Source of the DNA: Candidatus Omnitrophota bacterium
GTDB lineage: Bacteria; Omnitrophota; Gorgyraeia; 2-01-FULL-45-10
Direction: 5' to 3'
NCBI GenBank assembly: GCA_020057115.1
Contig: JAGVGJ010000018.1
Coordinates: 6,067 to 70,066 of the forward strand
DNA length: 64,000 nt
Shown here: piece by piece, positions 9,517 to 17,985 of the stretch
How positions within the stretch are numbered: the stretch's first letter is position 1
Layout of the letters: the number at the start of each line of letters is the position of its first letter
The notes under the pieces: model-generated
Seen by the model: only the letters and a program-made list of their open reading frames with translations
Databases searched by the model: none
Told to the model about the DNA's origin: nothing
Translations under genes and position numbers: made by a program

Positions 9517-11520
9517 CTACATGGAGACTGGGTCGACGTCGACAGCGATGAGGACGCCGTGGGGTTTTTTGAAGGTTGACTGAACGTCCCTCAGGAGCTT
9601 ACACATGTAGAGGCGCTCTTTGTGTTTGAGGAGCATGTTATAGCGGTAGTATCCGCGCATGCGCGATATGGGCGCCGGCGCGGGTCCTGAGAGCATCATC
9701 TCAGGATCCTTCTGGCGGATCGCGGCGGCAAGCTCCGCAGCTGCATTTTGCGCAACTTCATCATTGCGCGCCCTCACCGTCAACTTTGTAAGATTTATGA
9801 ATGGCGGGAACAGGAGTTCTTTTCTCGTGATTATCTCCTCTTCGTAAAATTTATCATAATCGTGTTTGGACGCGGTCTGTATGGCGTAATGTTCGGGCGT
9901 GTATGTCTGGACGATTACCTCGCCTCCGTGGTCGCCCCGCCCTGCCCTTCCCGCGACCTGGGTAAGGAGATTGAACGTGCGCTCGCTGGACCTGAAATCA
10001 GGGATATTGAGGCTCACGTCTGCCGAGACGACGCCTACGAGCGTCACCTCCGGGAAGTCGAGCCCCTTGGCTATCATCTGAGTGCCGACGAGCATGCTCG
10101 TGTCGCCCACCTTGAAATCTCCGAGTATCTGTTCATGCGAGCCTGCCTTAGAGGTCGTGTCGGAATCCATCCTCGCTATCTTAGCCTGCGGGAAGTTGCG
10201 GCTCACCTCAGACTCTACCTTCTCGGTCCCGAGTCCGAAATAGCTTATGTAGGCGCTTTTACATTTAGGGCATATGTCGGGCGGCGCCGCTTTGTAGTCG
10301 CAGTAGTGGCAGACGAGCCGCTTATCATCAAAATGGTAGACCATCGAAGTGTCGCACCTCTTGCACTTCATCACGAATCCGCACTTCTTGCAGTTTATGA
10401 AGGTCGAAAAGCCGCGCCTGTTCAGGAATATTATCGCCTGCTTGCCGTTCTTTAAGGTCCTCTCCATCGCCTCAAGAAGAACGCGCGAAAATATGGCGAT
10501 GCGCTTTCGCGTCTCAAGCTCCATCCTCATGTCGACTATCTTCACTTTGGGAAGAAGCCTCTCTTCGATCCTCTTGGTCAGCCTTATATGTTTATAATGG
10601 CCGTGTTTTGCCTTGTAATAGGATTCCAATGACGGCGTCGCGCTTCCGAGTATAAGCGGGCAATTGTTGAGGCGGGCGCGCTCTTCTGCGACATCGCGCG
10701 CATGGTAGCGCGGGACATCGTCCTGCTTGTATGATGTCTCGTGCTCCTCGTCTATGATTATGAGGCCGAGGTTATCCATGGGGCTGAAGATGGCCGAGCG
10801 CGCGCCAACGACGATCGACGCCCTTCCGTCTTTTATCTTCTTCCATTCTATGAATCGCCTGGCAGGGGTGAGTTTGGAATGTATGACGGCGACATGATGT
10901 CCGAACCGCGAAACGAACCTCTCAACGGTCTGGGGGGTGAGCGATATCTCCGGGACGAGCATTATCGCCTGCCTGCCCAGCTTTAAGACCTCGTCGATAG
11001 CCTGCAAATACACCTCGGTCTTGCCGCTCGCCGTTATGCCGTGAAGAAGGTATGTCTTGTGCTCTTTCTTCTGTATGGATTCGTTGATGGCCTTGAGGGC
11101 CTTCGACTGCTCTTCGGTAAGGTCGTGGGGAACCGATGACTTATGATCCTCTACTTTTATATGACTATCCTTTATCCTCGTGCCGATCTCAAGCTTCCCC
11201 TTCTTTATGCCTCCCGGGATGGCCGCCTCTATCGCCTCGCCCCATGAGCAGAAATAATTATCCTTGATCCAATGGGTGAGTTTAAGCATCTCGTCTGAGA
11301 GTAGCGGCTCTTTATCGATGACCGAAATTATCTCCTTAAGCTCTCTGGAGGTGTCTACCTCGTCGCCCAGACCCACGACATAGCCTACGACCCTTCTGGG
11401 GCCAAATGGGACAAAGACACGCTTGCCGATAGCGATCTGGTCTTGCGATAGGTCTGGGATCTTGTATTGGAATGTTCGGTCGAGCGGAAGCGAGATGGCG
11501 ATGTCGGCGAATTTATTCAT
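9517..11520 (-). CDS. priA: Primosomal protein N' (replication restart helicase)
   Basis: GITASGKTEVY, VPEISLTPQ, IIDEEHETSYKQ, four CxxC pairs in the Cys-rich region, GTQMIAKGLDF, QVAGRAGR, DVDP terminus. Confidence 0.97.
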   Translation of the reverse strand: MNKFADIAISLPLDRTFQYKIPDLSQDQIAIGKRVFVPFGPRRVVGYVVGLGDEVDTSRELKEIISVIDKEPLLSDEMLKLTHWIKDNYFCSWGEAIEAAIPGGIKKGKLEIGTRIKDSHIKVEDHKSSVPHDLTEEQSKALKAINESIQKKEHKTYLLHGITASGKTEVYLQAIDEVLKLGRQAIMLVPEISLTPQTVERFVSRFGHHVAVIHSKLTPARRFIEWKKIKDGRASIVVGARSAIFSPMDNLGLIIIDEEHETSYKQDDVPRYHARDVAEERARLNNCPLILGSATPSLESYYKAKHGHYKHIRLTKRIEERLLPKVKIVDMRMELETRKRIAIFSRVLLEAMERTLKNGKQAIIFLNRRGFSTFINCKKCGFVMKCKRCDTSMVYHFDDKRLVCHYCDYKAAPPDICPKCKSAYISYFGLGTEKVESEVSRNFPQAKIARMDSDTTSKAGSHEQILGDFKVGDTSMLVGTQMIAKGLDFPEVTLVGVVSADVSLNIPDFRSSERTFNLLTQVAGRAGRGDHGGEVIVQTYTPEHYAIQTASKHDYDKFYEEEIITRKELLFPPFINLTKLTVRARNDEVAQNAAAELAAAIRQKDPEMMLSGPAPAPISRMRGYYRYNMLLKHKERLYMCKLLRDVQSTFKKPHGVLIAVDVDPVSM

Positions 11521-11526
11521 ATTTTC

Positions 11527-11551
11527 AGCTTAAAGCTTACGGCTTATAGCT
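11527..11551. repeat. Degenerate 7-bp tandem repeat (AGCTTAA AGCTTAC GGCTTAT AGCT) at the udg/priA junction
   Basis: About 3.5 heptamer units directly upstream of the priA ATG. Confidence 0.55.
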
Positions 11552-12209
11552 CTTTCATGACCTTCTTCATATCTTCCCACACCAGCTTCTTGTCATCCGG
11601 ATTGCGCAAGAGATAGGCCGGGTGGAAAGTCGGCATGACCTTTATGCCGTTATAGGACCGGAACTTGCCGCGCAGCGCGCTTATGGGAGTCTCGGTCTTA
11701 AGAAGCGTCTGGCTGGCGAATTTTCCGAGCGTCACGATCATCTTCGGGTTTATGAACTCTATCTGCCTGCGCACATTGTCGCAGCAGGCCAGTATTTCGG
11801 CAGGAAGCGGTGTCCTGTTCTCCGGCGGGCGGCACTTCAGGATATTCGCTATATACACGTCGTCCCTCTTCATGCCCATCGCCTCGATTATCTTGGTAAG
11901 CAGCTGTCCGGCCTTGCCCACGAACGGCAGGCCCTGGATATCCTCATCATGGCCCGGCGCTTCGCCGATGAAAACGAGCTTCGCTTTGGCATTACCCGCT
12001 CCGAATACGACATTCTTCCTCGTAGCGTGAAGATCGCATTCCGTACAGGACGAGACCTCTTTACATAAGTCCTCCAGGCAAGTGGCCCGCAAAAGGCCGG
12101 GTTTTCTCTCTTCGGCGCGGCTAAAAAAAGACTCTTTAAATCCCATCGCTTTCTCAAGCTCAACGTAGGATTTTATGCCTTTTACGATATCCTGCAGTTC
12201 GTCGTTCAT
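11544..12209 (-). CDS. Uracil-DNA glycosylase family 4 (Fe-S type)
   Basis: CTECDL, IGEAPG, PFVGKAG, NILKCRPPENR, TFHPAYLLRN. Confidence 0.95.
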   Translation of the reverse strand: MNDELQDIVKGIKSYVELEKAMGFKESFFSRAEERKPGLLRATCLEDLCKEVSSCTECDLHATRKNVVFGAGNAKAKLVFIGEAPGHDEDIQGLPFVGKAGQLLTKIIEAMGMKRDDVYIANILKCRPPENRTPLPAEILACCDNVRRQIEFINPKMIVTLGKFASQTLLKTETPISALRGKFRSYNGIKVMPTFHPAYLLRNPDDKKLVWEDMKKVMKEL

Positions 12210-13342
12210 GACGCCCCTTTCGCCGTCTCCATGGCCAATTTCGCTATGTCATAAGACGATGTGGGTTTTTTGATCTTCCCGATCGCCTCTTTCATGTTCT
12301 TAAGTCTTTCCGGTGATGACAGCAGCTCTTCCAGTATTGGCCTTATCTCCGAAACATCATCCACCTTAACGGCAGCGCCATGCCCTGTGAGAAAATCGCT
12401 GTTGCGGGTCTCCTGCCCGGGTATCGGCGCTATTATGATGATCGGCAGCTCTTTCGCCAGGCTCTCCGTAGTCGTTATCCCGCCGGCCTTTGATATGAGC
12501 ATGTCGGAGGCCTCCATGAAATCATAAACATTGTCTACAAAACCGACGACTTTAAGGTTGATATTTAAAGCTGCCTTCAATGCCTCCAATTTCTTCGCCA
12601 GTTCTTCATTATGGCCGCAAATAACGACAGCCTGCACAGGCTTAGAAACGCTTGCGATGGCCTTGACTATCCCTTCGATCGGGCCTACCCCGAAACCACC
12701 GCCTATCACAAGCGCCGTGAATGTCTTGCCATCCAGCTTGAGCTTTGATCGGATCGCGAGCCTATCCTGTTTTTTTGCGAAGACAGGATCGATCGGTATG
12801 CCCAGAACATTTATTTTATGGTCAGGCACTCCCCATTTTACGAGGTCTGACTTCGCATCATCCCCTGCTACGACATAGCTGTCTACGCCTTTAGCCACCC
12901 ACCAGGCATGGAGCCTGTAATCGGTAATGACCGTGATAAGCCGCGACTTAAGCCTGCCTTTTACTTTCAGATCCCCCGCCACCTCGCTTAAGAAAAAATG
13001 GGTCGATATTATGACATCGGGACTCGTTTCGATAAGATATTTCGTAAGTTTTTTCGAATAGTACCAGTTATTCAGCCTTCTTACCGGCGCGACGAATATA
13101 TTGACGAAGAAATTATCCGTAAGATAATAGAATATACCCCATACAAGGGCGAGCTTGTTCATCGCAAGAAGATACAGGTCCAGATAGCTCTTCTTGAAGA
13201 GCGGCGTCGTGTAGTCAAGGGCATCTATGAGCTCCACCCGGGTATCCGCGGACTTGAGCTCATCAAAAGCCTTCTTTATGGCCTCTGCTGCCTTCTTATG
13301 CCCCATGCCTGCCGTGGCATATGCGATCAGGATCTTCTTCAC
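12206..13342 (-). CDS. MGDG synthase / UgtP-like diacylglycerol glycosyltransferase (GT28)
   Basis: AGMGHKKAA, IISTHF, TVITDY..H..W, GIPI, GGGFG, SKAGGITTTE, PIPGQETRN. Confidence 0.88.
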   Translation of the reverse strand: MKKILIAYATAGMGHKKAAEAIKKAFDELKSADTRVELIDALDYTTPLFKKSYLDLYLLAMNKLALVWGIFYYLTDNFFVNIFVAPVRRLNNWYYSKKLTKYLIETSPDVIISTHFFLSEVAGDLKVKGRLKSRLITVITDYRLHAWWVAKGVDSYVVAGDDAKSDLVKWGVPDHKINVLGIPIDPVFAKKQDRLAIRSKLKLDGKTFTALVIGGGFGVGPIEGIVKAIASVSKPVQAVVICGHNEELAKKLEALKAALNINLKVVGFVDNVYDFMEASDMLISKAGGITTTESLAKELPIIIIAPIPGQETRNSDFLTGHGAAVKVDDVSEIRPILEELLSSPERLKNMKEAIGKIKKPTSSYDIAKLAMETAKGAS

Positions 13343-14032
13343 TTAAACCTCCTCGCCGGTCTCTTCGGGCAAGTCTTCGGCGGGCGCATCGACAGCTCCT
13401 TTAATAACGCCCTCCCGCCTCTTATGGGCCCTGTCGGTCTTGCGTCTCTCCTTCGCGAGGAGCCATTTTACCGTCTCAAGCAGGTCTGCAAACACATAGT
13501 CAGGCTTGAGGACCCACTTGCTCATCTCGTCAACCGTCGTCTTGCCGGACCTGACAAATATCGTCCTCATCCCAAGGCTGTAGCCGGCCTGCACATCCAC
13601 TTCGGAGTCGCCGATAAAATACGTCTTTCTCGGGTCAGCGCTGAACTTTCTCGCCGCGGCTTCCAGCATCCCCGGCTTTGGCTTCCTGCAATTGCAGTTA
13701 TCTTCCCTCTTATGGATGCAATAATATACCTCTTCTATCTTGCCGCCGTTCTTATTTATCTCGTCAAGCATGCGGCTGGTGACCTCATTCAGCTCATCTC
13801 TCGTGAAATATCCCTTATTTACGCCTGCCTGGTTCGATATGATGACGACCTTGATACCGTTCCTGTTAAGCAGCCTTAATGCCTGGAATACGCCGGGCAG
13901 GAACTTGAAATCCTTCCACTTCGTCACATAGCTGTATTCGGTCCATCCGCCCGGATCTTTGTTTATTACTCCGTCCCTGTCGATGAATACGATATCTAGC
14001 CGCTTTTTGCCGCGCCTTACGGGCCTTCTCAT
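13343..14032 (-). CDS. gmhB: D,D-heptose 1,7-bisphosphate phosphatase-like HAD-IIIA hydrolase
   Basis: FIDRDGVIN, SNQAGV, CIH....CNCRKPKPG, IGDSEVD. Likely ATG at 14032 (ATGA overlap with the upstream stop). Confidence 0.88.
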   Translation of the reverse strand: MRRPVRRGKKRLDIVFIDRDGVINKDPGGWTEYSYVTKWKDFKFLPGVFQALRLLNRNGIKVVIISNQAGVNKGYFTRDELNEVTSRMLDEINKNGGKIEEVYYCIHKREDNCNCRKPKPGMLEAAARKFSADPRKTYFIGDSEVDVQAGYSLGMRTIFVRSGKTTVDEMSKWVLKPDYVFADLLETVKWLLAKERRKTDRAHKRREGVIKGAVDAPAEDLPEETGEEV

Positions 14033-15402
14033 AAGTCTATATCCTCTTTTAATATTACGGCCATCCAGTAGATCACTAGCGGCAGGAAGTGAAGAAGGAA
14101 TCGCGCCCATGTCTTTGAGACGAAGTAGCTTACCTCGACACTTGATATCATATAGAACAGGATATATCCCGATATCGTAAGAAATAGCGAAAGCGCTATA
14201 TATTTATTTGTGCCGCCGAACGCCTTCTTCAGATTAGATAGTATGGCGAATGCGGCGACCGGCCATACGATGAGCCACTTCTTCGGACCGAAGAACTCTT
14301 TCTGGAACTCGTAAAGGATGACCTTTATCTTATAAAGCTGGTGGACCAGGAACGACGGCGTGATACGGGCCAAGTCTATCTCTTGGTTCGTTATGTGGGC
14401 TCTTGCCTTCGCGATGGCCCAGGGAGATGATATCGCGATAATTATGCCTATATACATAAGCGCAAGATATATCTCTTTTTTCGTAATATTCCTACGGTTC
14501 GCGGCAAGGAACGTGAATAGAACGACTGAGCCTGTAACGCAATAGAGCAGCCCTTCGTTCTTGGTCCAGCCGGCAAGGCCTGCCATGATGGCCGATAGTA
14601 TCAGGAAACCGGGAGAGCTCCTTTCGTCAAACCACAAGAGAAGGAAGAGGACGCTTCCGAAAGTGTAAAAAGATAAGACCATGTCATGATAACCGTTCGT
14701 AGCATAATTACTGAACTGCGGAATACTCGCAAGGAGGAATGCGAAAAGAAGCGCATATGTCCTGGTCGAGAAACGCCTTATCGCATAATATACGAGGCAT
14801 AGCGTCGCTATGAAAAATAGCGGGAATATCAGCTTCACAAGCTGGTCATTCATGCTGCCCATGGAAAGATAGGCCATGACTTCGGCAAGAGGGATATTGA
14901 TAGGATAATCGGGATGAGGGAATATCCTGGCTAGCTCTCCGAAGAAATCTGCGGGGATGGATCTGGCGATATATATGATCTTCGCCTTTATGGCGTATAT
15001 CGCTATAGCGTCATAGGATTCGAGCGGTCTTATAAGCGCCCGGAAAAAAGTGAAGGACACCTGGAAGGCCGTAGCGGCCAAAAGGAATGCGAGGAAAACG
15101 TTATTCTGTTTCTTGTTCTCCTGGCCTGTCGCCATCTCCGGCATCCCCTCTTTAAAATGGGTAAGGGCATTGATGAAAAATAACGGGACCCACGGAGCGA
15201 TTATCTTGCCGAGCTCGAAGCTGACGCCGAAGAAAGAGAATGCGAGCATCTCGAGCGTCACGAAACCAACGCCAAGGCCGTATGACAGGGCGAGGCTTTC
15301 TATAAGATGGAAGCTGGAGCGCCTCAAGAACGCGAAGTAGAGGATGTTCCATCCTATAAATAGAAAAAGCAGCAGCATTATCGACAGGCGGTACATTTCC
15401 AA
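14029..15402 (-). CDS. GT-C (ArnT/PMT-like) integral membrane glycosyltransferase
   Basis: Many hydrophobic segments, YDAIAIY..KA, HPDYP, GYHD, WTKNEG. Start is TTG 15402 or ATG 15396. Confidence 0.75.
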   Translation of the reverse strand: MEMYRLSIMLLLFLFIGWNILYFAFLRRSSFHLIESLALSYGLGVGFVTLEMLAFSFFGVSFELGKIIAPWVPLFFINALTHFKEGMPEMATGQENKKQNNVFLAFLLAATAFQVSFTFFRALIRPLESYDAIAIYAIKAKIIYIARSIPADFFGELARIFPHPDYPINIPLAEVMAYLSMGSMNDQLVKLIFPLFFIATLCLVYYAIRRFSTRTYALLFAFLLASIPQFSNYATNGYHDMVLSFYTFGSVLFLLLWFDERSSPGFLILSAIMAGLAGWTKNEGLLYCVTGSVVLFTFLAANRRNITKKEIYLALMYIGIIIAISSPWAIAKARAHITNQEIDLARITPSFLVHQLYKIKVILYEFQKEFFGPKKWLIVWPVAAFAILSNLKKAFGGTNKYIALSLFLTISGYILFYMISSVEVSYFVSKTWARFLLHFLPLVIYWMAVILKEDIDL

Positions 15403-15403
15403 G

Positions 15404-15808
15404 TTATCTGGCCCCTATCTTCTTCAATATCGACCTTGAATCATCAAGTTTTTTGAATTCATCATACCCTTCGGCAGAGAAACCCGGGGTATTGTAAATA
15501 AGGATATAACCCGCATCCTCTTTTTCAATCGCCGGATAAAGATAATAAGCGGCGCGCCTCTTCTCGATCGACCCTTCTTCTAGCCCTATAAGCTTATAGC
15601 TAGAGCCTTCCGGCAGGGTGTTGTTCGCAAGAGCTATCAATTCATATAGCTCCTTACCGGTGATGTGGGCGTATTTGCCTTCGAGCGAGAGCTTCGCGAG
15701 GGTCTTATACTCTTTAAGCTGTCCTTTGCCCACAAGCTCCCTCACGGTGAATGAGGCCCACATTATCACCCAGATAAGAAACAGTATCTTTAAGATATTC
15801 TTCTTCAT
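15404..15808 (-). CDS. Small N-terminally membrane-anchored hypothetical protein
   Basis: 134 aa with N-terminal hydrophobic helix and AYYLYP motif, stop 1 nt from the GT-C start. Confidence 0.7.
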   Translation of the reverse strand: MKKNILKILFLIWVIMWASFTVRELVGKGQLKEYKTLAKLSLEGKYAHITGKELYELIALANNTLPEGSSYKLIGLEEGSIEKRRAAYYLYPAIEKEDAGYILIYNTPGFSAEGYDEFKKLDDSRSILKKIGAR

Positions 15809-15832
15809 ACGGTTGATCTGCTCTTCTCATTT

Positions 15833-15880
15833 AGGGGACAGGTCTGTCTTATGCCTACTACATGTTCAGACCTGTCCCCT
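15833..15880. repeat. 14-bp perfect inverted repeat AGGGGACAGGTCTG-N20-CAGACCTGTCCCCT (MITE/REP-like or terminator)
   Basis: Arms at 15833-15846 and 15867-15880, filling most of the intergenic gap. Confidence 0.8.
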
Positions 15881-15885
15881 TTTGC

Positions 15886-17271
15886 TCATGTATGCACGAT
15901 CCAGTTCATGAAACGTTTCGCCAGGAATTGAAAATGCCTCAATGACTTCACCGACTTAATATGATACCAGATTATGCCCGGTCTCAGGTAAAATTTAGCG
16001 AAGGCGCGCCTGTGCAGGTTCTTGAGCTCTTTACGCGTAAACGCAGGAAATACATACGCGGCATTCGTGAAATAGAACTTCTCCCAATCGACATCATGGA
16101 GCTCGCCGGTAGCTTTAAGCATCTCGTAAGATTCGGTCCCGGGGAAAGGAAGATAGGTGAAGAAGTTTGCGCGCTGTATCGGAAGGCGCGCCGCGAAATC
16201 TATCGTCTCGTTGGCCGTCTTCACCGTCTCCGTAGGAAACCCGAGTATGAAGAATCCCGCCATGTCTATCCCGGCCTTATGGATGCGGCTGACGCACTCC
16301 TCTATCTTCTTCGTATTAGTCCCCTTCTTCATAAAACTCAATATCTTATCGGAGCCCGACTCTATCCCAAGAGAGATCATATATAGGCCCGTCTCCTTCA
16401 TAAGCCCCAACAGCTCCTCGTCGAGCGTCTCCATCCTGACGCCATTAGGCGTAGACCAGCTGATATCGAGCTTGAGGCATTTAAGTTTCCTCAAAAGGTC
16501 CTTGGCATAGGCTTTGTCCATGGTGAAGTTGTCGTCTATTATGTGAAATTCGCGGATGCCATGGTCATCATAGAGCATCTTCATCTCTTTTAAGACCGAC
16601 TCTGCCTTGCGCTTACGCACCTTTCTTCCCGAGACTATATAGCCTGCGCAAAAAGTGCACTGGTATGGACAGCCGCGCGTCACCATTATCGGGGCGATCG
16701 GGAAATTCTTGAAAAATGCGCCATGCTGGGCTTCGGGATAATTTTCCGGATGGATCATGTCCCATGCGGGAAACCCGAGAGAGTCGAGGTCATCTACCAC
16801 GGCCTTGGGATTCTTCCTTATCGCGCCATTATCGCGCCATACAAGGCCGGGTATATCCGAAAGATCCTTCCTCTTCTTCTCTATAGCCTCCAGTAGCTTA
16901 GGCAGACCAAGCTCCGCTTCGCCTACGAACAAAAAGTCGAGGTCTTTTCCAAACTTTGTTAATGTCTCTTCGGGAAGAGCCGAGGCATGAGGCCCACCGA
17001 TGATCGTAACTATATCTTTATTTATCTTTTTTATTTCCAGCAGGGCCTTTGAGATAAAACCTAGGTCAAAAGTATAACATTGCAATCCAACGACATCCGG
17101 CATAAATTCTTTGATACGGGCCGGCAGGTCTTCAAGCCTGATATTCTCCTTTATGCAATCCAGTATCCGGACATCATGGTCCTTGCGTATGGCCGTGGCT
17201 AAATACCCAAGCCCGAGGGACGGCTGTATATGGTCGCTTCTATTATATGGTTTTACTAAAAGTACTTTCAT
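15886..17271 (-). CDS. B12-binding radical SAM protein (class B methyltransferase-like)
   Basis: SLGLGYLA, GGPHAS, GEAE, TRGCPYQCTFC, DDNFT, GIESGS, FILGFPTET, PFPGT. Confidence 0.93.
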   Translation of the reverse strand: MKVLLVKPYNRSDHIQPSLGLGYLATAIRKDHDVRILDCIKENIRLEDLPARIKEFMPDVVGLQCYTFDLGFISKALLEIKKINKDIVTIIGGPHASALPEETLTKFGKDLDFLFVGEAELGLPKLLEAIEKKRKDLSDIPGLVWRDNGAIRKNPKAVVDDLDSLGFPAWDMIHPENYPEAQHGAFFKNFPIAPIMVTRGCPYQCTFCAGYIVSGRKVRKRKAESVLKEMKMLYDDHGIREFHIIDDNFTMDKAYAKDLLRKLKCLKLDISWSTPNGVRMETLDEELLGLMKETGLYMISLGIESGSDKILSFMKKGTNTKKIEECVSRIHKAGIDMAGFFILGFPTETVKTANETIDFAARLPIQRANFFTYLPFPGTESYEMLKATGELHDVDWEKFYFTNAAYVFPAFTRKELKNLHRRAFAKFYLRPGIIWYHIKSVKSLRHFQFLAKRFMNWIVHT

Positions 17272-17970
17272 CTAGTTGACGAACCTGTATTTTAACAGGG
17301 CCCATAGCGCCCCGAAACCATGCTTCCAGGATATCTTCTTTCCTTCGGCGTAAGTCCTGCCGTAATACGATATCGGCATCTCATATACCCGCAAGGCCTT
17401 GTTCTTCAGTATCTTTGCCGTAAGCTCTGGTTCTACGGAAAAATCGTTCGACTTTATCGATATCTTGTCTATCACGCCCTTCCTAAACATCTTGTAGCAT
17501 GTCTCCATATCCGTCAGCGTAGAATTGTACAGGAAGTTCGTCAGGAAAGTAAGAAAGCTATTCCCCATTTTGTGCCAAAACATGTGCACCCGCTGTGGCT
17601 TGCCTCCCGAAAGTCTTGAACCATATACGACATCGGCAAATCCGTCCCTGATGGGCTTTATCATCTCGAGGAACTCCTGCGGGTCATACTCAAGGTCCGC
17701 GTCCTGCACGATCACGACATCTAAAGTGGCGTGTTTAAAACCGGTCCTTAATCCCGCTCCTTTGCCTGCATTCTTTTCATGAAACACGAGTTTTACTCTG
17801 GGGTCGAGCTTCGCGCTCTTCAAAACATCCGCCGTGCCGTCCTTTGAACCGTCATCTACCACAATAAGCTCTCCGACGATCGGCACGGACAGGACCTTAT
17901 CGATGATCTTTAATATGGTATTCTTCTCATTATAAACAGGCATCACGACGGACAAACATCTGGGTTCCAT
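17272..17970 (-). CDS. GT2 polyprenyl-phosphate glycosyltransferase (DPM1/ArnC/GtrB-like)
   Basis: VVMPVYNE, VDDGSKDGT, GKGAG, QDADLEYDP, VYGSR, DMETCYK. Confidence 0.92.
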   Translation of the reverse strand: MEPRCLSVVMPVYNEKNTILKIIDKVLSVPIVGELIVVDDGSKDGTADVLKSAKLDPRVKLVFHEKNAGKGAGLRTGFKHATLDVVIVQDADLEYDPQEFLEMIKPIRDGFADVVYGSRLSGGKPQRVHMFWHKMGNSFLTFLTNFLYNSTLTDMETCYKMFRKGVIDKISIKSNDFSVEPELTAKILKNKALRVYEMPISYYGRTYAEGKKISWKHGFGALWALLKYRFVN

Positions 17971-17985
17971 ATACAGGCCTTTCAG

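Noticed and set aside
9306-9583. Short ORFs (69 aa minus, 75 aa plus) in the priA-TMTC gap
   Set aside because: They run through the inverted-repeat structure, have no SD or protein-like motifs, and the region is better explained as non-coding.
9517-11520. PriA is short (667 aa) and seems to lack most of the winged-helix region
   Set aside because: All helicase and zinc motifs are intact and compact PriA variants are not unusual, so this was not treated as a novelty.
12998-13879. 293-aa plus-strand ORF, and similar long antisense ORFs at 9748-10455, 42179-42820, 54756-55451 and 55820-56545
   Set aside because: Each lies wholly opposite well-supported minus-strand genes and has no recognisable motifs, so they are best read as antisense shadows.
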